Shown in pieces: positions 27,631 to 37,311 of a stretch of 64,000 nt of DNA (position 1 is the stretch's first letter; the number at the start of each line of letters is the position of its first letter). The notes beneath the pieces were generated by a model. It was not told the DNA's origin. It ran no database searches and was given only the letters and a program-made list of their open reading frames with translations. A program made the translations under genes and the position numbers. Source of the DNA: a virus (taxonomy: Duplodnaviria; Caudoviricetes); the IMG/VR virus record IMGVR_UViG_2509276064_000002, positions 9,471 through 73,470 of that record; one strand, given 5' to 3'.

Positions 27631-30444
27631 TTATGAAGATCGAGATCTTACGCGAGATTGAGAGCGCATCTGTGCTCTTGCCTGTACGGTAATACTGGCC
27701 TGCACCTCTTGATACAGAGAAATTTGTGCATCCTCGTGCTCAAGTGACACGACAAGACCATAGCGTTGTAAATCCTCTTCATAGCCCGGGAATTCTTCTT
27801 CGCAACCCACTATCAGATGGATTTTATATTTACCGTCGCTGTGCCTGCATGTTTCCAGCACTTGCGCACGAGTTGTTTCAAAAATATTTGATTGGACGGT
27901 TGACCAACTTAGTAGCTCTCCAGTTGGCTTCATATTGAGCAATTGATTACTCCCGAATGCGACACTTCCACTGCCACCTGTAGATCGAATGCTATCTATC
28001 TCACTTGGCGTAAGTCCACGACACATCTTCATCCACATTGTACGAGCAACATAAGTCTTACGAGTGTTCCTCACTGGTGGATCGAAGGCGAGAGTAGCTC
28101 TTATTTTTCTACGCCCCCTATTACGCACAAAGTTTTCAGGAAGCTCTAGTTCATAAATATGATACTTACCACTCGCAATCAAATCATCAGCCACTAGAAG
28201 CACTCTGTTTGTATCCGAAAATAAGGCCTTATCTATAGAGGGCCTACCATAACCAAAAAATCGACGTAACCTTCTCTGCCCTGCCCCTTCTGTTAAACCA
28301 TTTGTTAGCTTAACTTGTATTTCTTGTGGAATAGAAGCACTATGAACAGTAATTGCACGAACTAAATTGGCAGACGGGATTTTACCCATAGGATGAAATA
28401 TTCTGCGCAATTGGTGTTCGACTTGAGCACATACATGAGTTACTTGAGGAGCAGCAAAGCTAGTTCCCCAACCGAGAGTCAAAAGTGAGCCAGTTGGAAA
28501 GTTGTGGTTGAGAAGGACTTCTGCCAAATTTCGATCGTTATCTTTCCATCTAGCCCAGACGCCGCCAGTGGAAGTAATAGAATAGTTGCCTCCATACGAC
28601 ACCAATTCAGGCTTGACCTGCCTTACAAGGCCAGAGCCTTTATCAAGAACATTGCCAGTTCTCGTAAAGGGAGAGGGCATTTCCGATTCTACTGGAACAA
28701 TGGGCGAAGGATCTCTTTCAAAAACATTTGGGTGTACAGAGGGCTCATCTCTGCGAGCGATCGAACCAACTGTTAAAACATTTGCTCCAGAAGCTGGATC
28801 AGCAATAGCGTGTCTTTCCGAAGTCTGAATTTCCAGTAAATCCCTACCTAGCTCAGTTCGCATAAACGAGGATGGTATTTCTGGAATGGCATTACCCGAA
28901 GAAACCACAACAACTATATTGAGCTCTCTAGCTATATCATCCAGCATGAGTGCCCATTCCGACTGCCTTCCTCCTCTATAAACTCGATGATTTTCATTTA
29001 TCGAAAGATTAAATACTCGACACCCATAAGTATCGTGAAGTGTACGTATTGCATCGGCCATCTGTATACTAGCCCGTTCATCTTCCGCAAAGATGACTCC
29101 GCCAGTGCCGTCAGGATTATTTCTCAGCACCTTACCACTTAAGACTCGGACTTTAGGTTCCCACTTCCCCGTAGTTAATCCTTCAGTAAGATCTCCATAA
29201 ACAACAACTCCGGCAACCTGCGTTCCATGACCATGCAAGTCAGCAGGCGTGCCTTCGCCCGAAGAAAAATCTATCGCATCTACTACAAGTCCGCTGAGGA
29301 AAGGATGGCCAGAAACAATACCAGAATCAATTATTGCCGCCAAGGGCATCTCTGTCGTAGATAATTGACTTAAGTCGGGCAATTCAATTGCGTCATCTAT
29401 TGGCGTGAAACTATCGAAATTGACAGAGGGGGGGAGGTCGATCCATGACACCATATCTAAGGTGAGCAACTCACTAAGAAGATCGCGGTTCCCTTGCACT
29501 TTAGCTACTAACAGACTGCCTGCTATTTCTTGAGGACCGCCTGGCACCCGCCCCTCTAATTGCTGCACAATCGTCCTAAAGCTCTGCTTATATTGAGAGA
29601 TATTCAAGTTTTCACCAGGATGCCAAAGGTCTACATCAAAGAAAAAAGTGTCCTCTCCGATCTGATCGAATTTCTCCCTCAAGCGTGGTCCCATTTTATC
29701 TTCGGGGGATAATGATCGCACACTCTGCAAAGCATCAAAAAGATTCGCACGTTGTACAGCAGTCAAGAAGGAGTTCTGTGTATTACCTTGAGCATACAGA
29801 TTTGCCTCATCTATGAAGTGCTGCTGATCCACTAAACTGGTAAATTGCACAATAAATTTGTAAAGATTTTTCTGAGAACTTCTTATTTTTCTGGAATTGA
29901 CTCTCTCAATATCCAAACCTTCTACCTGCAGAATAAAACTTTCTTCTATTAGATTAATCAGGCTGCTTCTTTCTGGGTGGCTCAAAACGTATTTTTTATC
30001 GCTCGGTATTCCTAAACTTGCACGCTCAGGAGACACAACAAAACCCATGCTGGTGTACGGCCCACGGCTCCATTCTTCTAAAAAGGCATGAGCATAATCC
30101 GAATTAGAAAAATGGAGGCTAATTTCATAACGAGCCCCCATATCAGCTTCTTCTGTATTACTTTCAGACACAATAAATGCTTGGAATTTATCCTCTAACT
30201 GCTGACGCTCATCTATCCCCAAAAAACTCATCTCAAGAACTAAAAGATTTGTCACCTCTACTTGAGAAGGCCTAATCCTAGTCGGTCTTTCAACTGCTGC
30301 ATGCATCTGCATCGCAATAGCGCCTTGGTGCTCTCTCTGGTTCGACCTAAGTGGAGGAGATGCACCAAACGCCGGGCGTTCGGGTCTTCGAGTTTCGCTT
30401 TCTTTGAGGCGCTGTAAGATGAGATGATCAAGTTGTTCTGGCAC
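27631..30444 (-). CDS. ietS: S8 subtilisin-like serine protease (IetS-like)
   Basis: IIDSG, HGHGTQVAG, VSSGN, GTSFAAP; AT-rich; follows an AAA ATPase. Confidence 0.8.
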   Translation of the reverse strand: MPEQLDHLILQRLKESETRRPERPAFGASPPLRSNQREHQGAIAMQMHAAVERPTRIRPSQVEVTNLLVLEMSFLGIDERQQLEDKFQAFIVSESNTEEADMGARYEISLHFSNSDYAHAFLEEWSRGPYTSMGFVVSPERASLGIPSDKKYVLSHPERSSLINLIEESFILQVEGLDIERVNSRKIRSSQKNLYKFIVQFTSLVDQQHFIDEANLYAQGNTQNSFLTAVQRANLFDALQSVRSLSPEDKMGPRLREKFDQIGEDTFFFDVDLWHPGENLNISQYKQSFRTIVQQLEGRVPGGPQEIAGSLLVAKVQGNRDLLSELLTLDMVSWIDLPPSVNFDSFTPIDDAIELPDLSQLSTTEMPLAAIIDSGIVSGHPFLSGLVVDAIDFSSGEGTPADLHGHGTQVAGVVVYGDLTEGLTTGKWEPKVRVLSGKVLRNNPDGTGGVIFAEDERASIQMADAIRTLHDTYGCRVFNLSINENHRVYRGGRQSEWALMLDDIARELNIVVVVSSGNAIPEIPSSFMRTELGRDLLEIQTSERHAIADPASGANVLTVGSIARRDEPSVHPNVFERDPSPIVPVESEMPSPFTRTGNVLDKGSGLVRQVKPELVSYGGNYSITSTGGVWARWKDNDRNLAEVLLNHNFPTGSLLTLGWGTSFAAPQVTHVCAQVEHQLRRIFHPMGKIPSANLVRAITVHSASIPQEIQVKLTNGLTEGAGQRRLRRFFGYGRPSIDKALFSDTNRVLLVADDLIASGKYHIYELELPENFVRNRGRRKIRATLAFDPPVRNTRKTYVARTMWMKMCRGLTPSEIDSIRSTGGSGSVAFGSNQLLNMKPTGELLSWSTVQSNIFETTRAQVLETCRHSDGKYKIHLIVGCEEEFPGYEEDLQRYGLVVSLEHEDAQISLYQEVQASITVQARAQMRSQSRVRSRSS

Positions 30445-30446
30445 AG

Positions 30447-31472
30447 TTATTCCTCGTCAACAGTAGGAGAAGTCGTGCTGTGACGAAAATTTAGAATTTT
30501 CTGGCGATCGCGCTGCTTAGCAACGGCACGAATTAAGTCTTGTTCCTCAACGTACATCCCACCGGCTAGCACTGTCCGCTTGATTGCATCAAGACAAATG
30601 CGCTCAACGTCAGCATGGCTAAATCCAACAAGCTCCCTGCTTATACTTGGAAGAATGTTTGTCTTCTTCAAATTTCTTTTGAGTAGGCGAGTGAGTAAGC
30701 GAAGAATTGTTTCTTCATCTGGCTTTTCAAAACGAAATACCTCATCAAAACGACGCCATAGAGCAGGGTCAAGCGCCTGCTCGAAATTTGTCGCCGCTAT
30801 TACAAGGGATCTACCTTCAAATCTGTCTAGCATCTGCAAAAAAGCATTTACGACTCGCTTCAACTCTCCGTGCTCAGTACTATCATCACGAGAACGGCCT
30901 ATAGCATCAAATTCATCAAAAAATACGACCCATTGACCACGTGTCACATATTCAAAAACGCGCGACAAATTCGAGGCCGTTTCACCCAATAAACTGGACA
31001 CCAAACCATCAAACCGGACATATAGCATAGGAAGACCCAATTCGCTTGCTATAGCCTCGGCAGTAATAGTTTTACCGCACCCTGGTGGTCCACAAAAAAG
31101 CAATTTTTGCGCAGGCTTCAAGCTATACATTTCTAATATTTCCCACTGCTTGAATTCATTCATCACGTCCCAAAGAGCTTGTTCCTGCCCCTTAGTAGTA
31201 AACAGATCCTCCATTCGCTTTTGCGGAGTCTTTATGTCAAAAAGAGGTAGGCCCTTTTCGGGATCTCGAGGTACGGGCTGTAGGCTAGCAAGGGGAAAAT
31301 CAGGTCGCGTAGTTGATGCTCCGTTCAATAGCCGTGTCAGCTCATTAGCCAAGACAACATGCTGTTTTTTACGTTCATCAAGAATAACGTCTTGAGCTGC
31401 CTCCATGAACGCGTCATGCTGTCCGGTGGCATAGCTTTTGAACATCTTCTTGATCAAATCTGCTCTAGCCAT
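30447..31472 (-). CDS. ietA: AAA+ ATPase (IetA-like)
   Basis: GPPGCGKT, FFDEFDA, AATN, LDPALWRRFD. Confidence 0.82.
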   Translation of the reverse strand: MARADLIKKMFKSYATGQHDAFMEAAQDVILDERKKQHVVLANELTRLLNGASTTRPDFPLASLQPVPRDPEKGLPLFDIKTPQKRMEDLFTTKGQEQALWDVMNEFKQWEILEMYSLKPAQKLLFCGPPGCGKTITAEAIASELGLPMLYVRFDGLVSSLLGETASNLSRVFEYVTRGQWVVFFDEFDAIGRSRDDSTEHGELKRVVNAFLQMLDRFEGRSLVIAATNFEQALDPALWRRFDEVFRFEKPDEETILRLLTRLLKRNLKKTNILPSISRELVGFSHADVERICLDAIKRTVLAGGMYVEEQDLIRAVAKQRDRQKILNFRHSTTSPTVDEE

Positions 31473-31733
31473 CGCACCCTCTCGAGGAATCCCGATTTAC
31501 GACTCCCTAATAATCGCTAGAGGCGAAAAAGAGAGCCTGATTTAGTTGATAACAGAATAACATAGTTATATGATACCGGATTGTGCGCCCCCTACAAAGA
31601 AAAAGCACGGTGTATGACCGTGCTTCGTCAAGTTGTCCCCTGCACTTTCTGACCTTAACCAGTCTAAAGATAAGCAGGCTGGAGGGCGACTGGAAACCAT
31701 GCCTTAGCGTCAGGTCTAGCGTGGTGAGACAGC

Positions 31734-31756
31734 AAAAAGCCCCCTATCCGAGGGCT
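31734..31756 (-). terminator. Intrinsic terminator upstream of ietA
   Basis: On minus: agccc..gggct followed by ttttt. Confidence 0.5.
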
Positions 31757-31849
31757 GCCCTCCGACTTCACCCGGTCGGCTCGATTGTGGGATGGAGTTA
31801 GTGTACCTACGACACTCAGGAGGAACATCCGCCAAATGGATGAGCCCCC

Positions 31850-31875
31850 AACAAAAAATCGCCCTCCTGGGGCGT
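31850..31875 (-). terminator. Intrinsic terminator after the regulator paralog
   Basis: On minus: cgccc..gggcg-attttttgtt. Confidence 0.6.
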
Positions 31876-31904
31876 ATCAACACTTTCTGGACTGTACGGT
31901 TAGT

Positions 31905-32459
31905 CTACTCAGTTCCCACCTTTTCTGCCACCCTCCCCTGTTGGTCGGCTCTGGCTCTTGCCAGTGGCGCTTCTGCGTGCCCGTCGCCTAACCGCACGGC
32001 CAGGGTCAGCACCGCGACAGCATAAGCGGCGTGCCGAGCCATATCTGGTTGCCAGCGTCCGCACTCCCGCAAGAGGGTCACTGGAGTCCGGTAAGTTCCT
32101 CGCAGCCGGTCCAAAAGTTGCCCTATGGCTCGGTGGTCAGGTACTCCGCTGCCCAGCAGCTCTTTGATCACCGTCGCTACCTCATGCTCCGTACAGTCAC
32201 CAATAGGCGTCTGTAGGTAAGTGGCCGTGATCGGGCCGCCCATGCCGAGCGTTAGGAAGTCCAGGTCGTCCGGTTGATACCGCCCGTCACCAGGACTGGG
32301 AAGCTGCACGGTCCGCACCTTCCATGCCCGAATAGCTTGATACCAGCATTCGGCGTAAGCCCTCGCTTCCTTGGCCTCCCTCCGCCTTCCAGTGAGCTTC
32401 TGGACGGTCTGGCGAGCACGGGTGACGCCAAGAGGGCGGATAGGGGTGATTGGTAGCAT
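31905..32459 (-). CDS. Paralog of putative late regulator 47565-48203
   Basis: Shared A.EAR.YAE.WYQA.R.W, FLTLG, YLQTPIG, YAVAVLTLAV.L.D..AEAPL; SD ggagg. Confidence 0.75.
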   Translation of the reverse strand: MLPITPIRPLGVTRARQTVQKLTGRRREAKEARAYAECWYQAIRAWKVRTVQLPSPGDGRYQPDDLDFLTLGMGGPITATYLQTPIGDCTEHEVATVIKELLGSGVPDHRAIGQLLDRLRGTYRTPVTLLRECGRWQPDMARHAAYAVAVLTLAVRLGDGHAEAPLARARADQQGRVAEKVGTE

Positions 32460-32573
32460 GTATCCTCCGGAAGCAGGAGTAGGGCTTGTCCGCCTCTCTA
32501 AGTACGTCCCTGACGAACACGAGAAGGCGTAGTGACAGTACTTCCGCATTCCCCATCTCTCCCTAGGAAGGCC

Positions 32574-32939
32574 ATGATGCACATACTCTCAATGGGACTC
32601 ATTCTTCTTGTTGCCCTTATTCACGTTTACATCGTGATCTTAGAGATGTTTCTTTGGACGCATCCTCGCGGACGTGCAGCCTTCGGTACCACAGCTGAAG
32701 AGGCCCAGACCACGAGGGTGCTGGCTGCAAATCAGGGAGTCTATAACGGCTTCTTGGTCGCTGGACTCCTCTGGTCATTGCTGGCACCAGCAGCGTTGGC
32801 TCCTCCATTAAAAATATTCTTCCTGATGTGCGTGATTATTGCCGGGCTGTACGGCACTGCAACTGTTTCCAGGCGTATTCTTTTCGTTCAAGTCATCCCA
32901 GCAGTACTGGCTCTTCTTGCCGTTCTTCTCAGTCGCTAG
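32574..32939 (+). CDS. DUF1304-family membrane protein
   Basis: VALIHVYIVILEMFLW...AANQGVYNGFL. Confidence 0.85.
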   Translation: MMHILSMGLILLVALIHVYIVILEMFLWTHPRGRAAFGTTAEEAQTTRVLAANQGVYNGFLVAGLLWSLLAPAALAPPLKIFFLMCVIIAGLYGTATVSRRILFVQVIPAVLALLAVLLSR

Positions 32940-33066
32940 CCTCCGAGACGAAATAGACAGCACATCCACCAGAGTTTCCATCGGCTTGATCATGTCCTCA
33001 ACGAGCAGGACAAGGCGTCCTGGCCCAGGGAATAAGCGAGTTGCAGAACGGCAATTTTGCCAAAAC

Positions 33067-33111
33067 GCACCTCTCCTTCCCCCAAAACTTCACCCCCGCC
33101 TCCGAGCGGAG
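33067..33111 (+). repeat. Direct repeat, copy 1 (terminator-like hairpin)
   Basis: gcacctctccttcccccaaaacttcacccccgcctccgagcggag. Confidence 0.75.
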
Positions 33112-33239
33112 TTTTTACGCCAAGCAGGTTTACCAGCAGGCTTGCGAGAGCATTCTCGACTCCTTACACTTCAGGCGAGCGTTGCGTTCCGATATCCGGC
33201 TGCTTGAGACATCGTGACACTGCGCCAGGAGTTGCTCGA

Positions 33240-33626
33240 ATGAGCGTTCAATTCAACCACGCCATCATCGCCGCCCACGACCGGCACGCATCCGCGTCCT
33301 TCTTCGCGCAGCTATTCGGGTTGTCTGAACCCACCTTTTGGGGGCCGTTTGCCAGCGTCACGCTTGAAGAAGGCGTACATCTCCAATTCGCGGAGCCAGG
33401 GATACCAGAGATTCAGATGCAGCACTTCGCCTTCCTGGTTGATGACCCCACTTTTGACCAGATTTACGAACGGATGCAGTTGAGTGGGTTGGAGCACTGG
33501 GCCGATCCGCAAGGCACTCTTCCTGGACAGATCAACACACACCATGGCGGGCGTGGTGTCTACTTCAAAGATCCCGCTGGGCATGGTTTTGAGATCATCA
33601 CGCGTCCCTACGGTTCGTCTGTCTGA
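33240..33626 (+). CDS. VOC / glyoxalase family protein
   Basis: FNHAIIAAHD...HFAFLVD...GGRGVYFKDPAGHGFEIIT. Confidence 0.88.
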   Translation: MSVQFNHAIIAAHDRHASASFFAQLFGLSEPTFWGPFASVTLEEGVHLQFAEPGIPEIQMQHFAFLVDDPTFDQIYERMQLSGLEHWADPQGTLPGQINTHHGGRGVYFKDPAGHGFEIITRPYGSSV

Positions 33627-33636
33627 ACTGACATAA

Positions 33637-33680
33637 GCACCTCCCCTTCCAAAACTTCACCTCCGCCTTTCGAGCGGGGG
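33637..33680 (+). repeat. Direct repeat, copy 2
   Basis: gcacctccccttccaaaacttcacctccgcctttcgagcggggg. Confidence 0.75.
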
Positions 33681-33696
33681 CATTCAATGTCTCAAA

Positions 33697-34014
33697 CTAT
33701 TGAATATACATTCTAATCGCAAAGTAGGCGAGCACGGAGAATACCGCCACAACGGCAACATATATTAGGCGAAATAGAAGGCTCATCCTTTCCCAACTAT
33801 TAAACCCAGAGATAAAGAAACCTGACGCAAGGCTAAACGCAAGCAACCCTATCCCCAATTGTGTTAAGAGAAGAATTTTCGGTATTAAAGCGCCCATGAG
33901 GATAAAAAATAGTCCCACGTAAAGAAGTAACTGAACAGCTTTTTCCAATTTCACTCTGCGCCTCCAACAGTTCTCATCGAGAGATACGCCAGTCAGTTGC
34001 ACAAAGTTCCCCAT
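33697..34014 (-). CDS. Small 3-TM membrane protein
   Basis: SD ggagg; AT-rich hydrophobic ORF. Confidence 0.55.
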   Translation of the reverse strand: MGNFVQLTGVSLDENCWRRRVKLEKAVQLLLYVGLFFILMGALIPKILLLTQLGIGLLAFSLASGFFISGFNSWERMSLLFRLIYVAVVAVFSVLAYFAIRMYIQ

Positions 34015-34026
34015 GTTCCTCCCCCC

Positions 34027-34190
34027 AATGACAAACCCCCGCCTTCCGAGCGGGGGCTTTTGCTGGCGGTGCGCGTGAGGCCTGAGGGCAGAGGTTCCTC
34101 CCTGGAATGACAAACCCCCGCCTTGAGGGTGTGGCCATGTCTGTCGCACTATCTCCAATGACAAATTCTCGCCAGGCGGAGGAGCTCACT
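34027..34190 (-). terminator. Three stacked AATGACAAA-linked hairpins
   Basis: aatgacaaa at 34027, 34106 and 34157, each followed by a GC-rich stem (first perfect, others degenerate). Confidence 0.55.
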
Positions 34191-34228
34191 TACAATAAGC
34201 AATGCCACATAAACGTAGGTCGCCAATC

Positions 34229-34849
34229 TTATTCTTCTATTTGGCTTATTAGTTCTTCGACAAGCTCGTAAACTTTTGTAAGAGGATTAGATCCCGAAGG
34301 AGTTGAGCCGTTAGCGATATGATAGACCTCCAGCTTCTTAGCGTTTTTTATAGCTGTCTTCTGTTCAGGAAGTAGAAATTTGTACATTCCTTGTCTGTTT
34401 TTTTCATAGCTACCTTCAACCCTAGAAGTTAAATCTCGATATATGCTCTCTCTAGGCAAATGGGCTGTCGTGTATCTGAAGTGGAGAAGATACCAAAGTT
34501 CAAAACATTCATTTGACCATGCCAGTCTAAATCCGTGGGAGTTAGCTTTATTAATAGCATTATCAAAGTTGTCAGCAGGAAAATCGTCCTTATCAAAAAC
34601 ACACCATATTTGGTCAAAATTAATGCCAGATGATTTAACGATTTTTGCTGCCTCCGCAATTAAGCTAATGGTATTGCAACCCGTGCCGCACACCTCAACA
34701 CTTATTGCCAACTTGTGCTCTCTTCGCATCTCCATAAAGTAGTTCGGTTCAGTTTTTACTCCTTCGCAAACAATTAAATAAGTCTTTTTTATTTTTCTGG
34801 AAGGTCTTTTTTTTCCTATTTCACGAGCAGCCTTCCTCCCCTTAGTCAT
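34229..34849 (-). CDS. rloB: RloB-family protein
   Basis: LIVCEGVKTEPNYF, VFDKD, SNECFELWYLLHF. Confidence 0.85.
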   Translation of the reverse strand: MTKGRKAAREIGKKRPSRKIKKTYLIVCEGVKTEPNYFMEMRREHKLAISVEVCGTGCNTISLIAEAAKIVKSSGINFDQIWCVFDKDDFPADNFDNAINKANSHGFRLAWSNECFELWYLLHFRYTTAHLPRESIYRDLTSRVEGSYEKNRQGMYKFLLPEQKTAIKNAKKLEVYHIANGSTPSGSNPLTKVYELVEELISQIEE

Positions 34850-36140
34850 TTTTTATAGCCTTCTTTGTAGTATTAAAATCAAACGCACCTAGATACGGAA
34901 TGGCCCCGTATCTACCTGATATATAATCCTTTTCGAAGGAAGCATCATTTCTTATCTTCTTACCATCACCCTCGTAATCAGCCAGAGAGTATATTTCAGT
35001 CGATCCAATTTTATCCTTCTCGGCAAACCATATTTGATCTCTTCTAAGGATTTTAGAATCAAGCAGACTGGTATCGTGTGTAATGAAAACAAGTTGAGCG
35101 CCATTTGGGTTTCTCTCCTGGGAGTTAAACATTTTAATTAATGATTTTGTTATAAGTGGATGAAGCTGCGAATCTACTTCATCTACAAATAGAATTCCTC
35201 CGCTTTTTAATGCCGCTATTAATAATCCAGAAAGTGCAAATATCTTCTGGGTACCACTTGACTCATTCTTCTCCAAGTCAAAGCTTTCAGTCCCTACTAC
35301 TTCTCCTTCATCATTATACTTATGGTGTATTGTAATAATCTTTCTATTGGATGCCATTCGAAATTGCTTAACACTTGTTTCCTCTTCATCACCTTCTTCC
35401 TCATCTACATCATTCCATTTCTCTCCCAAGGCGAAGTCTTCTATGTGTAAGTCAGCTGCCCTGAGGACATCTTGTATTTCATCTTTCATCATTCCTTGTT
35501 CTAGAAATCTAACACTTAATCCTCTAATAGCTTTGTCAGAACCCCTGAGAAAGAATAATCGACGAAAAAACTGAAGCACGTTCTTAGGTATCTCTGCATT
35601 AAACTGCGCCGCGATTGGCAAAAAGAGTGCGTTATTCCTAACAAACCTTTTAATCTGATTGGCATCGTAAAAATCAGTTCCATGAGAGATGCTGCCCGAA
35701 TCTCGATAGAAAATTTTTCTCTCATGATTTTTAGGGGTCCAATACAACCACTCTTCCATCACTTCTTTATCGTTAACTTCAAATCCATATCTATATTTAA
35801 TATCATCTATTATGAATATAAGTTCAAATAAACTTGTCTCTTTTCGACCAGTTTCGTCCAACATAAAGGGTTCAACCTTAATAGGGTCGCCTATTTGCGA
35901 TCTGGTTGAATCAAACGTAATAAGCTTGCCCATAAATTCCAATGCTTTGAATATGTTACTCTTGCCGCTAGCATTAGCACCATATATAGCAATTGACTTT
36001 AAAATTTTTATTTTTCCAAGATCAACTACATTATTAACATCAATTCTAGGATCCCTTGATTTTATCTTTGAAGCAACAAAATCTAAGGTGGCCAACCCTC
36101 TGATTGATCGAAAATTTCTCACACTGAACTGAATAACCAT
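34842..36140 (-). CDS. AAA_21 (RloA/AbiEii-like) ABC-type ATPase
   Basis: NFRSI, YGANASGKSN, ESSGTQK, FVDEVDSQLHP, QLVFITHD; strongly AT-rich. Confidence 0.88.
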   Translation of the reverse strand: MVIQFSVRNFRSIRGLATLDFVASKIKSRDPRIDVNNVVDLGKIKILKSIAIYGANASGKSNIFKALEFMGKLITFDSTRSQIGDPIKVEPFMLDETGRKETSLFELIFIIDDIKYRYGFEVNDKEVMEEWLYWTPKNHERKIFYRDSGSISHGTDFYDANQIKRFVRNNALFLPIAAQFNAEIPKNVLQFFRRLFFLRGSDKAIRGLSVRFLEQGMMKDEIQDVLRAADLHIEDFALGEKWNDVDEEEGDEEETSVKQFRMASNRKIITIHHKYNDEGEVVGTESFDLEKNESSGTQKIFALSGLLIAALKSGGILFVDEVDSQLHPLITKSLIKMFNSQERNPNGAQLVFITHDTSLLDSKILRRDQIWFAEKDKIGSTEIYSLADYEGDGKKIRNDASFEKDYISGRYGAIPYLGAFDFNTTKKAIKND

Positions 36141-36482
36141 GGTCACACCTCCGAAATTTGAGATTTTTTCTCAAATCCACCCTAACACAGGTCGCCTCCT
36201 AAGGGACGACCCTGCTTGGGTAGGCATGATGGTTGATAGGCCCGACCGATCTTGCTTACTAGCCACTATGAGCCCGTGCCCAGCGGTCCAGCCATCGTCA
36301 CGATGCGTTCGTAGTAGGGCACCATGGTCAGCCACACCTCCTCCGAGCAGCGCCCGCTCCAGCCACGCGTCGATGGCTCGGGCCACAACAGCGCTCAGAG
36401 TAGAACGTGCCAGTTGATCCTTTATCAGATCACCGTACCGCCCGCACGGCCTTCACAAACAACTTGCGTAGCCCGAAAGACC

Positions 36483-36962
36483 TCACGCCCAGAGCCGCCT
36501 CATCAAATCACGCACCTCGACCTGCGTTCGGTACCTCACGAGTTGCAGCGCAGGCCCGATGTACGGCCCAGGCAGCATGTAGGCCTGGCCAGTGCGTCCG
36601 AACCGCAACAGTCCTCCAGGAGGCAGGGTCTTGAGGTAGGCGTCCAACTGCTGCTGCGTGAGGGTATATGGGCCGGTGCCGTACTCAACGTCTGAGGCGT
36701 AGTCCGCTCGGTCGCCCAGTTCGACGAGCACGGCCCCCATGACGGCGGACCCGTTGCTGTAGATGCTGTTGAACAGGTGGTTGGAGCGCACGTAGACGTG
36801 CCCGGGGACCGTGCCGTAGATGTTCAAGTACGCGCCCCGTTGGGCGTGTCTCTCGCCCTCCGCAGCCACCTTCCTCGCTATGGCATCGAGCGCTGTCTGG
36901 AGTTGCGCCGCACGACGGGCGAACACAGTCTTCGAGCCCTTCCGAACCAACCGTCCCGTCAT
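36483..36962 (-). CDS. HK97 gp10-like tail component
   Basis: L.NSI...YASDVEYGT motif. Confidence 0.65.
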   Translation of the reverse strand: MTGRLVRKGSKTVFARRAAQLQTALDAIARKVAAEGERHAQRGAYLNIYGTVPGHVYVRSNHLFNSIYSNGSAVMGAVLVELGDRADYASDVEYGTGPYTLTQQQLDAYLKTLPPGGLLRFGRTGQAYMLPGPYIGPALQLVRYRTQVEVRDLMRRLWA

Positions 36963-36970
36963 ACGTCACC

Positions 36971-37300
36971 TCAAGCAAGCAGGGCCGCCGCCATCTTCTT
37001 CGCCACTCCCTTACGCCGTTCAACCTTCTCGACTTCCAGTTCCTGCTCGGGCAGCCCCTCGCTCTTGCGGCGCAGGTTGCGCAAGTAGCGCCGGAAGGGC
37101 GTGTCAACGATCTTGTAATCCTGCTTGCTGGTGGGCATGGTGCCCACGACCTCTTGCCCCCAGCTGATCTCGCCCACCATGGCCAGCAATTCAGCCTCCT
37201 CGGCCAGGGCACGGTACCGAGCCCGCTCCAGGGCGGCAAGACGAGCGGCAAGGGCGACGTGTGGCGTGGTCATCACCTCGGCGTAGGGCATGTACTCCAT
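36971..37300 (-). CDS. Tail assembly chaperone -1 frameshift extension (GT-like)
   Basis: In frame with the -1 product of the slippery site at 37402-37408. Confidence 0.7.
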   Translation of the reverse strand: MEYMPYAEVMTTPHVALAARLAALERARYRALAEEAELLAMVGEISWGQEVVGTMPTSKQDYKIVDTPFRRYLRNLRRKSEGLPEQELEVEKVERRKGVAKKMAAALLA

Positions 37301-37311
37301 GGCCCGGTCGA

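Noticed and set aside
31583-32025. Plus-strand ORFs upstream of ietA
   Set aside because: They overlap terminators and the regulator paralog; no recognisable product
36171-36482. Short ORFs between gp10 and the AAA_21 gene
   Set aside because: No convincing start signal or motif; may be junction remnant
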